The position numbers were made by a program, and so were the translations under genes. The notes below the pieces were generated by a model. It did not search any database and was not told where the DNA came from. It saw only the letters and a program-made list of their open reading frames with translations. A DNA stretch of 64,000 nucleotides from Cyanidioschyzon merolae (Eukaryota), in NCBI GenBank assembly GCA_000091205.1, contig AP006498.2. One strand, 5' to 3'. Positions 44,701 to 54,168 of this stretch are shown in pieces; the stretch's first letter is position 1, and each line of letters opens with the position of its first letter.

Positions 44701-46013
44701 TGGACCGGATGCTGCATTCGGAGCAACCTCCGGTGGCATCCAGCGCAGCAGATTGCGATGGAGCAGCAAAGCCGCAGCAAACACATTCGAAGACTTTCTG
44801 CGCCCTGTGTCTCCAACCAGTAGATGCTGCGTCGTATGCTGATCGTTTACAGGCCCTACAGACGGACCGCCAGCGTCTGGCAAGTGCGCTGGATGACCTC
44901 CGCGCACAGCGGCACGACAAGGACGCGGAAATCCAGATCATGGAGCGCGAACTCAGAGACACAGAAGCGGCATTCATGGAGCGGCATGCATTGGAGCAAC
45001 GCCTCGATGCAGTGGTGGCGTTGCGCCCCACACCCGAGCATTTGCATGAGCTTTCGCAAGCGAGCGATCGTTGCAGCATGGAGGCCGCACTTGTTATGCG
45101 CACGCTCGATACGAATCGCCAGCTTCTAGCCGAATATGAACAGCATCTGCTGCAGCAGCAAGAGCTGCGTTTGCACCAGGAACAACAGCGCGCGCGTTAC
45201 GACCGAGCCCTTCGAGCGTTGGACTGGACTCAACAGCAGCGACAGCGTCTACTCCAACCGATAGCTGCTGCGATCCTAGAGGCAACTGCGCACGTCGCGT
45301 CGCTACAGTCCACGTTAAACGAAGCGGTAGCGCATGAACGCACGCTTGTGGATACTGCGGATCGTCTGGAATTCCTTGCGCGCGCATTTCATCGCGGTGG
45401 CATACCGAGCCAGTTACTGGATCAGAGCCTGCAAGTCATCGAGACGCTTTGTGGTCATTACCTACGACATCTGAGCGATGATACGCTTTTACTGCGAATA
45501 CGTCGTCGCCGACAAGCGCAGCGTCCTCGGGAGCGGGAGCTTACCAAGGCTACCACGCGCGCAGAGAACGCACTCGAAGTACTTGTCTGGCAAGTCTACT
45601 GTCGAGACGCGCGCACAGGCACGTTCCGGGAACGAGAACTAGGCCTGCTCAGCGGCGGTCAGTTGCGACGAGTCAGTATTGCACTTTCCTTGGCCTTTGC
45701 CGAGTACATCTGTCATCAGCTGGGATATCGTAGTAATCTGCTGGTCTTGGACGAGGCTCTTCAACAGCTTGATCAAGAGGGTGCCCGTCGCTTAGCGTCA
45801 CTACTGCCGCAGCTGCAACGTGAGACGGTGCTGGTTATTGCCCACGAGAATGCCAGCTTTCTCGTGGACATCGCGGATGCGCATGATGTTGTGGAGCGTG
45901 CATCAGGGCGCAGCACGGTGCACTGTGATACCGGGTTTTTAGAGACAGAGCTCGCAGGCGACTCGTTTTCAGGGCGTTCAGAGCTCGTCCCGCAAGCGCA
46001 GGTCCGACGCTGA
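41790..46013 (+). CDS. Fused SbcD/Mre11-like metallophosphoesterase plus SbcC/Rad50-like ABC ATPase in one 1407-aa polypeptide, with a transit-peptide-like N-terminal ~140 aa. Candidate organelle-targeted SbcCD-type DNA repair nuclease.
   Basis: ATG at 41790. Phosphoesterase motifs I-V: 'VVFSDLHVD', 'IIFLGDFWH', 'LMLPGNHD', 'CHAEIQG' and 'AGHFHRPH'. Walker A: 'GRNLDEDGCNSNGTGKTTLAMAALWALTG'. Long heptad coiled-coil (~residues 770-1230) carrying a central 'FCALCLQP' CxxC zinc-hook-like motif. ABC signature 'LSGGQLRRVSIALSLAFAE', Walker B 'LLVLDEALQQLD' and H-loop 'VLVIAHEN'. No in-frame stop separates the nuclease and ATPase parts. Confidence 0.8.
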   Translation: MYAALHRVTATIEAVDLSPLHFEAHVSSPASMSRRMTALLHWGPSPVLFASPFYQAGARNQRANATKITRWSIRCRKYARSEGLGFLAITQPKTSLVRTASHAAYNANLWAARRSGRVSPRMTTGSSPVLSTRRAELVCSRYVVFSDLHVDANRLETCLQVLERVHELATARDAGIIFLGDFWHLRGSIPVICLNRVLETVQQFTVPCLMLPGNHDQVSICGREHALVPVAAAMQPGLALVFDEPVVMFDALWLPYRKRPLQLVEALREHGPHVKAVFCHAEIQGAWLNNQMRYGGPGGIAPELFPPSPVPTYAGHFHRPHTVTGYPHIQYVGSPYQVTRAEEGQEKHLLVVRSTDWLTEEIVPLAIGPRFFRVSLKQARQQLSASIPASAAEATTSATTGFRPGDRVTLLCTASELQQQRTAGAKDMDHDLEYVYNELRRRGIHASMRLWDAPAENEKVSSSSAQRTFVEPQLRMPNAERLDAADVLRLFARQHPQQLDGTTLALGLSILEQIQKSNAKIARGESFSRLRAVHVLFDSVRLHNFGCFHTEPDSNQVDQLSMDVAGSTRHQMSVTSASEESHQDLESNGGVVKRGRVAAATATADGAWRTIPAKPGIWYPLRNRGIVQVSGRNLDEDGCNSNGTGKTTLAMAALWALTGSLEPRPHLRRNVSQLRILHEDATEGFVELRASVNGKPLLVRRKVRRSGKQRERYNQELFVEYDSRDLTRLSIEETQQRLNEIIDLSLLPHVVFFGQNYLHGLLSTTDKEFKEILESALPLQVWNEAYAHVTARQRALREERQQLAQKIQSCSQALERERERIEELARTERETRLQLDLQEQELKQSLEQWQQGAAEASASDTIDSGSDNTSLEALRERIRHLKASIDADVTTLAELQRKEAKLHAELAQAQRLWDQWAALHAQLQGDAGITVCQGSLEQRRTALHEQVKDLKRVLQELQLQEQSTVASIRHLDRMLHSEQPPVASSAADCDGAAKPQQTHSKTFCALCLQPVDAASYADRLQALQTDRQRLASALDDLRAQRHDKDAEIQIMERELRDTEAAFMERHALEQRLDAVVALRPTPEHLHELSQASDRCSMEAALVMRTLDTNRQLLAEYEQHLLQQQELRLHQEQQRARYDRALRALDWTQQQRQRLLQPIAAAILEATAHVASLQSTLNEAVAHERTLVDTADRLEFLARAFHRGGIPSQLLDQSLQVIETLCGHYLRHLSDDTLLLRIRRRRQAQRPRERELTKATTRAENALEVLVWQVYCRDARTGTFRERELGLLSGGQLRRVSIALSLAFAEYICHQLGYRSNLLVLDEALQQLDQEGARRLASLLPQLQRETVLVIAHENASFLVDIADAHDVVERASGRSTVHCDTGFLETELAGDSFSGRSELVPQAQVRR

Positions 46014-48565
46014 GGTGCTCGCAGTCGTGCGCGTTTGACTTTTGTACCGCTGTATTCAGTGCAGTGGACTCTGGAAGTTATACATGATCACACCCATTGT
46101 GTTTTTATTTGTTTTGCTCGGTAGGTATTCAAGAAAACCGACGTATGCTTTCATGATGGAGAAAGGTTGCAGAATGACTTGATGCCGACTCTGTTAGTTT
46201 AGCGAAGAACGACGGTATCTGTACGAGCCGGCCACTTACGTGCCAGCCGGCGGATCATCCACACTGCTTCTTGGCGCCATCAAAAGTGCCTTGCACCCAG
46301 AACGGCGCTTTGTTTCTGCGAGAATGCCTTTTCATCAGTCCAACGCATTCTATTTGGCCCTTAAGGAATCCGACCAAAGAAACCGTATAGTATGTGCGGT
46401 TTCCATACCATCGATACGAACAGCGATCAGCAGACACTGATGGACAAGGAGAAACACAAGCTTCTAGGCGAGACCGTCGCGCAGGGACCCATGCACTGTT
46501 GTTTTGTGCGAAAACGCGACCGATAATGACAGGAGCGACGGACGCTCGTCTCACTCGATGAGCGTACGTTCGGGAGAACTGGCAGATCTGTGTGTGAGTG
46601 CTCAAAGGGCTATAGTGCGCTGTTCGGGGCTCATGCCGCGTTAGCCGCTAGCTCTCCGAAAAATCAGACGTACTGGTCACCTAGAGACGTTTCGGATCGC
46701 GAACCTCTCATATCCCTATTATTCTTGTTCTCTGCTCTGGATGGAATATGGAGTTCCAGTTCGTCTTTACGTACGAATTTCGAATCGAAAAATGCGTGTC
46801 TTCGTGAATTCCGCCGGAGGCGGCGGGGAGAAGCGCCCTCCTTCTTCTCCATTTGGAAAGCGAATATTTTCACAAATTGCCCCATAAGCGTGCCCTGCTT
46901 TGCAGTGCGTCTCAATTCGAGCTCCAAACTCTCCTAAGTGCAAGTTTTGCTGCGCGCGCGACATCGAACTCGTTGCTTACGGTAATAAAAGTATACATAC
47001 GCATGCCTGCTTGTCGAAAGCAAACCCGCATCCCGGAGTGGCCTCTTCGATGCATCAACCTCGCGTCATCCATCAAGAACGCTTACACTTGTCTGCCGCG
47101 GGATACCGGCATACGTTTGCGTACGCGCATCCGCGATACCAGCTTCGCGGTTTTAGAGAGCTCTATTGTCGCATCCGTCGTTTCTCAGTGTAGCATCTCT
47201 CCCAGTACAAAGACGATGCGCTGCAGCCTACCATATCATTGTCCGTTAGGGCGTTGTGCAAGAGCACAGCGGAGCTAAGCGGAGTTTCCGGGTAGAGTCG
47301 CGGGCACGCAGCGCGATGCAATGCAAACATATGCACTGGCAAACGCTGTCGTTAGCGACATCGCAGCCGTCGCAGGAGCCACCGTATTCATCAGCGGTGC
47401 TGCAAAACCCGGGTCATGAAGCATGTACTGAGTCTGTAGCCGGCGTCGAGCGCCGCTCTCGCTGAGACGCGAGCTACGGCAGGGAAACCTTCCGGCAATG
47501 TATCGAATACGGTTCTGAAACGGAGTTGCATGAAACCGAAACATCTTGTCCCAGTAAACCTCCACTGCAGCGCGTGCAAGAACGAATAGCGGGCTCTATT
47601 TAGGGCTTTCCGCCGGACAACTGGTGCTGCAGCTTGTCCAAGAAAACTGCTGCTCCGGTTGTATCAGGTCGCCACGGCTGGCGGCAAAGCGTTCGTGCTG
47701 AGTGCCACCCTCTGAGCCGGTGCTGCCCATGCGAAAACCCTCGAAGACACTGTTCAGCGTTCTTGAGACCCTTGGAAACAGCCTCATCTAACTGGCACGA
47801 GCGCAGAGAAGCATCGTCGCGCCGCAGCACTTCTACGTGCTGTGCAGGCTGGCTTGAACGCCAAAACCACAGCACGACCCTATTTCCAATATTCCAGCAG
47901 ACATACATAAAACAGACCAAAAATTCCAATGCTCTTCGAATACGTACACCACGCTATGTGAATTTCGCGACTACTCATCATCCAGTAAAACAACAAGCAT
48001 AAGCTGTACGTTCTCGCCCTGTCAATAGAGCTGGCGTCTGCAGCTGCTGGTGTGTCCCCAGATACCACGCCTGTCCCAGTGCGCTTGCATTTGCCCTCGA
48101 CACCCTTCACTGCCACTCTAAGATCCAACCCGAAACAAATAATATCCTTTCTACAACGTTTGTTCAACCTCTTATCGAGAAAACGGCTCAAATACTCGAC
48201 AAACAACGTTTACGCACGCGACTAAACTGACTTTCCTTAACGGTTACCGCAAGGCGCCTGCACCAACACCCGTCGACGCCTGTCTCTTGTCATTCTATAT
48301 TCGGTTCTTGTGGCAAGCGAGCACCAAACGCGTTCCTCGAGCGCACTGAAGCGAGTACGATTGCTTTCCCGAGGCAACCAGAGCCTCAGTTAATAACCAC
48401 AAGCACACTCCAGACTCGAAGCGCTTTTCAGTACCCGAGTTGCGTGGCGAGCGACCGGCTTCGAGCGCTGTGCAGGCGCTTTTTCGAGCGGAACGCAGAG
48501 CACTGCTGCCGTGAATGCACCGAGCATCGAGGCCGTTGTCTGAATCGCGCTGTCCTTCACCGGCA

Positions 48566-49009
48566 ATGGCACGAAGTACTTCGGACCGTTCCGCACACAC
48601 AGCGGGAAGTGCAGCCTTCCCCAGCACGGTAACGTCGACACCCGCGTCCACCTCGACGTCGATGTCGTGGAGCGGGCACAGCAGCCAGGTCGCGAACCGA
48701 GCGGACCTGTCGGGTGTAGCGTATGCGGACTTGCTGGAGCAACAGAATCAGGATCGAATTCAGGCGCTTTCCGGCAAAGTGGGAGCTATGAAAGAGTTGG
48801 CTATCCAAATCAACGAGGAGGTTATCACCCAAAACCGTTTTCTGGACCAGGATCTCAGCGACTCGATGGGACGTACTGTGGAGCAACTGCGCAACTCAAT
48901 GCGAAAACTAGAACAACTGGTACGGTCTGGTAGTTCTTACGCACTCTGTTACGGGGTTCTGGGTATTGTTGGGGTTCTTTTTCTGTTACACTGGTTGTTT
49001 CCGCGCTGA
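48566..49009 (+). CDS. Bet1-like Qc-SNARE (ER-Golgi). The ORF track starts at 48515; the likely ATG is at 48566 (or 48662).
   Basis: S/T-rich N-terminus. SNARE heptad region 'QDRIQALSGKVGAMKELAIQINEEVITQNRFLDQDLSDSMGRTVEQLRNSMRKLEQLV' with the conserved Q-layer context. A C-terminal transmembrane anchor 'YALCYGVLGIVGVLFLLHWLF' lies 2 residues from the stop. Size (~115-148 aa) fits Bet1. Confidence 0.7.
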   Translation: MARSTSDRSAHTAGSAAFPSTVTSTPASTSTSMSWSGHSSQVANRADLSGVAYADLLEQQNQDRIQALSGKVGAMKELAIQINEEVITQNRFLDQDLSDSMGRTVEQLRNSMRKLEQLVRSGSSYALCYGVLGIVGVLFLLHWLFPR

Positions 49010-49240
49010 TTCCAAACGCATACTTGTGCACAGTCCAGGTGTTGCACTCAAGTCGTCAATGAAGCCGAGCATACGAGTCGTACAGCGCGCGAAGACACCT
49101 TGCCGCTGTCTACATGGCAGCTCGGGGTTCGCGGTCGCGAGCGGAAAAACAACAACAACAACAACATCGATCACGATGACGTCGAGAGGGTGTACCCCAG
49201 GTACGTGCTGCCGATGCCGGCAATGCGACCATTCGCCGCT

Positions 49241-52027
49241 CTACAAGGCTTTTTGCGCTGAGCCCGTTACGCGATCGCGGCGGTGCACAAGAACGAGACC
49301 CTCGAGCACTGGCGCATAACAGGCCCACTCGTCGCTGGCGAGTTCAGCGCGCTCACCGACTCCGATGAGGACCGGTGTGGTGTGCGTCTGGAAGCCCGTG
49401 ATGCCTCGCGGACGACCCGCCTGACCGACAGTATCTACCGCCTGGCCAACACGAACGAGAACAGGCACTGGTTGTTGCGTGTCAGCGTCCAGAGTAACGA
49501 GAAATCGTGGACGAGCAGCTAGTGCTAATGCGTAGAGGAACCAGTGATGGCGGCCAAGAAGCGTTTCCCGCAGGGACCCGGCACCAAGGCAGAGCACCAG
49601 TACGGTCAACAGACCTGCAGCTGCAACCGCATCCACGACAGTGGCATCCGCGGAGAACGGCGCAAAGGTCAAGAGTCCGCGTCCCGCGTGCGTTAACCCC
49701 TGAGCGAGGCGCACCATGAACAGCATACTCGGATCCTCGGCGTAAAAAGCAGACAGCTCCCGCAGCAGACCAGCTACTCGAGCTTGGTTGGTGCCGGCCG
49801 CTGTGAAGCCCATGGCTAAAATAGCACCAGCGGCTATTTCCGAGTCCCCGTCGTGACTCAATTTGCTGAGTATGTCGACCACTTCAAGGCGCGGATCAGA
49901 AACGAACGCAAGCCCCAGTGCGAGCGGCACCACCCGTCGTTGAGTATCGGAGCCGAGCTGCAACATTCGATCAAAAAGACGGAGCAGCATTTGCTGCATG
50001 AGACGTTCACCAGAAGCGTTTGCTGCTGCGGCTAGCGGCATCAACTCATTTTCCCAACTGAGGAAACGCTGTAAGGCTAGCACGTCGCCGGTGCCGTAGA
50101 AAGCGCAACATTCTAGCAATTGACTAACAAATGGGGCCTGCACACCCATGGCATGCAGCGCATCCAGTACAGGTTGCATAGCGAGGCCGCGACGGTGCAG
50201 GTAGAGCAGCCCCAGTGCAAGAGGGAATAAGCGGTTCAGGGAATGGCGAAAGATAGCTTCATTCTGGGCGTCGTTACCGGTTCCACCCGATGACGGTGCG
50301 CTCGCTGCGGGCCCGCCATTTGTCGCGTTCGATGGCGCCTCTGCCTCTTGGTTGGTGCTCGTGCTTGTTGCAGTTTCTTGACTTGCCTCTGGGTTGGATG
50401 CGGAGTGCTCTGCGGCTGCGCCCGGAACGGTATCGTTGTTCGGATCAGACACCGGACCTACCAACTCCATTCGTTCAGGGGCATCGAGCTCGGTCGTTCT
50501 CGGCTCGGGGCCAGCGGCGTCAGTAGTGTTTGATTCCCTGGGCACATCTACGCAACGATCCTGTATTGCCTGAATAAGCGTAGACGCCAAGTCCGCGTTC
50601 GCTGACGACACAAATATTAGCCCGACGGCGAGCGCTGTAACCGCCGCGACATCAACAGGGCTGCTAACATCCACCAATATGGGGGCCAGCAGCTCCATCA
50701 AATCCACGCGCTGTGTACCTGCGTACGCGAAGCCGAGTCCCAGGATCGCCGCCAACCGTTCGTTGTTGTTCTCGGACTCGATATGCTCTGCGAGCAGCGC
50801 TAGAGCAGCGTCGCACTCGTCTGGGACGCGACCACCGCTGAGGAGTCCAATCGCGAGGAGTGCTCCGGCCCGAACGAATTCTTCTGGTGAATACAGGTAT
50901 TTGTCAATTTCAGCGAGGCCTCCGTCGACGTCGTAGAGGAATATCATTCCCAGGGAGGCAGTTGCTGAGAGCATACCCTGGGCTCGGTTCCGAAAAATCC
51001 AATTACGACGCTCGTCATCGGAGGGATTGGTGAGAAACTTGTCCGATCCAAAGCCCGCGTTCACGAAACCGTTCACAAAAGCAGCAGCGAGATTTTCTCG
51101 TGCAGAATCGACATGAACAGTGCCGATCAAAGTGCTCAGCCGCCTCCCTGATTCCACCAGATGCGACTTGTAAATATCCTCCGGGGTTTTCGCCTCGAGG
51201 ATTTCGAGATCTTGCGCCACTGCCCGATAGTGTTTCGACCAGTCTCTTGGTGTTTGCATGAGCTCTATCTGAGTTCGCATTGGGCCGGGTGGGACTCGGT
51301 CCACAGGTACCAGCGAGGGATCGCCAAGCATCTTCGCTACCCGGTACGCGTTCGAGAAGCGATTGGCTCGAAGATAGAGGTTCAGTGCCCATCGCAGAGC
51401 GTTCTCATTCTCGGGTTCTGGTAGGTAGACTGCACACGAGGTCAGGTACTGGCACACCCGGTCTTCGCTGAGTCGATCGTTCAGCGTGAGTTGCCCAAGT
51501 CGATCGAGTTCACCGATCTCGAGGCAAAAGTCGCATGCGTCGACTTCTGCGCGTTTCTCCACGAGGTAGGTTAGAATTTCACTGATCAAAGGATTCAGTT
51601 CCTTTCGCTCCACTTTCCCGGCTTCGAGTGCCTCCCCAATTTCCCCAACGAGAGAGCGCACGTATTCTTGCCCCCAGTAGCCCACAGGCAGACTCGAGTC
51701 GCCACGTAGTCGGAATAGCAAGCACTCGAAGGTGCCGGCCTCCGCCATGGTCATTGCCAACACTGAGAGCAAGTTATAGAAAAACGAACCATTTGGTTCA
51801 TCTTGAGCCTGTTTTTTCAAGCGACCATAGTGAGGCCGCAGAAACTTCAGCGGCTTTGGTACAGAAGTCAGCGACGACGTGGCAGTGCGAATGATGTCAC
51901 CGAGAGCACTGAGCGCAGCCGGACGCGTCGTTGTATCAAGCACCCGATCCACCAGAAGATCCAATCGGTCTTTTAGTTCTGCGTCTTCGGGAGACAGGTC
52001 TAGCGTTTCATCCGTAGTTCCGTTCAT
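49241..52027 (-). CDS. RPN1: 26S proteasome regulatory subunit RPN1 (PSMD2). The ORF track starts at a GTG at 52057; the first ATG is at 52027.
   Basis: '[17 protein letters not shown]...[27 protein letters not shown]...[23 protein letters not shown]...[15 protein letters not shown]' matches human PSMD2 'LQEELEMLVERL...[27 protein letters not shown]...[21 protein letters not shown]...WGHEYVRHLAGEV'. PC-repeat-like Ala/Gly-rich repeats run through the middle. A low-complexity acidic/Ser insertion is present. 928 aa. Confidence 0.92.
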   Translation of the reverse strand: [928 protein letters not shown]

Positions 52028-52140
52028 CGGACCTTGTGTACTGAGAAACCAAAGCACGTTCTATAAACAGAGAATGTGTAGCAGTGTTTCGGCCGGTTCA
52101 GCGGAACGGACGCTCATCGCGCTGTCGCCGCTGTCGATTT

Positions 52141-52215
52141 CGCGGCGATGATGAAGATGGCAATGATGTTGATGATGATGGCAGTGATGATGGCAATGAT
52201 GATGTTAATGAACGA
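52141..52215. repeat. GAT-rich imperfect microsatellite (gatgatgg/gatgatga units, ~75 bp)
   Basis: Direct read 'gatgatgaagatggcaatgatgttgatgatgatggcagtgatgatggcaatgatgatgtt'. It generates spurious Ser/Leu/Pro-rich antisense ORF 52098..52358. Confidence 0.8.
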
Positions 52216-54168
52216 TGTCGCGCATGTGGATGCTGTGGATACTGTGGACGGATGCTCTGATTTACGCATATTCGAGCAAAATAGCTTTGGTTTGCTTTCG
52301 TAGCTCGGATGTACACGCGAAAGTTTGGGATGCCTCCAAGTACGATCAACATTACCATTTTTCGGGCATTTTCAAGGACGGATTCCCTCGCCTCTCATCT
52401 ATGTTTGACTTAAAAAACGCTCGTCTGATCTCTGCCTCTAGTTCCGTAATTAGCATTAGAAAGGTGCTGATGCCAGCGTCCTAGTCAAGAGTTTTGCGTA
52501 AGTTCGTTGACAACGCATTGGATGCACAAGCAGATGTTGCTACCTGCGCCTCGCTTGCTATTTTCATCTGGTTCGTGTAGAGCCTCGGTGCGTGAGTCGC
52601 AGGGGCGACACTTGCTTGCGCACTGGCGTTCCCCCATGCCTACCACAACTCATCCGTCTTCGAGAGCCGCACTGTGGAGCGAAAAAGGCTCGCTTCTTCG
52701 TTTGGTACATTCCCTTGATGGATGCAGAAGGCGCCGCTCCATACCTACTCTGTTTCCGCACCCGATGCTGTAGCGTACGATCACAAGCTTCGCGTGGGTG
52801 ATCCCATCTGCTAATACGTTATTCAATGCGTACGTAAGCGAACGCTGCTCCATTCGATAAAGGATTCGTGGAACGTGACCTTGCGCGTCATGGAACAATT
52901 ACAGAAGTACAATTCACCTTGCAGAACAAGTCAAGACGTTTCGACTGCCTGAGGCCCCCATCATGGAAAGCGGTAGTGAATTCTCAAACAGAACGGTTGA
53001 GTCGATGACTGAAGCTCGAGTCCGAAACGCCTTTTCCGTGCCAACAGAAAAGGCGGGAGCTTCTTGGTGCGCATCCCATTACCGGTTTCATGCTGCATTC
53101 GATTGTCGTATCGTCGTTAGCAACGAATCGAGGAAAATTCTGGTTCCGAACGGAATCCGTCATTGCTGAGCGTGAGAGGTTGGACGAACATGCGTGACAA
53201 GTGTAAGCGCAGGTTGGCAAGAAAAGATGTCGAGTATTTATTCTCATCAATCCATCGGCTGGACTTGTTGCGCCTATGATTTGCCTTGAAACAGAGAGAT
53301 CAAAAATCTAAAGAAAGCATCTTTTCAGGATGCTGCCCACAAGGAAACGAGAAGAAGGGACGCTCTTGCGCATAAATTGAATATTTATGTCGGTTAGAAC
53401 ACGGACCCTGGTTCGATGGCTTCGTGAATCACTGTGAATCTCGTGACGAAACGATCTCCAGCGGTAAAAAGTCGAAAAAGCCATCCCGAAAGGACTGCCC
53501 AGAATCTTTAATCTACGCTTGAATCCCTAAGCTGTCGTTGCTGCACCAGAAATGCCGACACTGCGCATCTACAAACAAGTTAGGCAATGTTCGAAAGGTA
53601 GGAACGTGTCCAGTATTTCAGGTGTCCGGTTTCAGTCATGCACAGGTGTGGCGCGTGCGCAAACGGTACCGAAATTGCGGGAAACCGCTCTCGAGCGTAT
53701 GAATGCGATCCAGTCATTTTCTGGTTGGCGTTCTACAGCACCAGATGAGCGGGTTCGGTGCATCATATTCTGCCTCTGCAAGACAGAGCGCACCTCTTCT
53801 TCAGCTCCCGTGACGTTGCAAAATCAACAGGTTCTGGAAGGTTTCAGAGCATAAAGTTTGAATCGGAAGCTCGTCGATCACGCCCTGGGGCACTTACGTG
53901 TAGGTATCCCATGGAATGGCCGTTCAAGGTTTCTTCGAAGCGTCAGCCGCGATCAGTGTGTGCAGAACGCGTTTACAAGGCAACGCAGGTGATTGATGGG
54001 AGCAGCACCTATTCATCTCCGCGCATACTCATTGGAAGAAGTGCATGGATGTGTACCCCAATGGCTCCATCTCGAGGCTATGTCTAACATGCCAAAACTG
54101 CTCATCCAACCGCCAGAATAAACTTGGGCATGATGGTGCGCCCTGGCACTGCATGCTGGAAGATAGAT

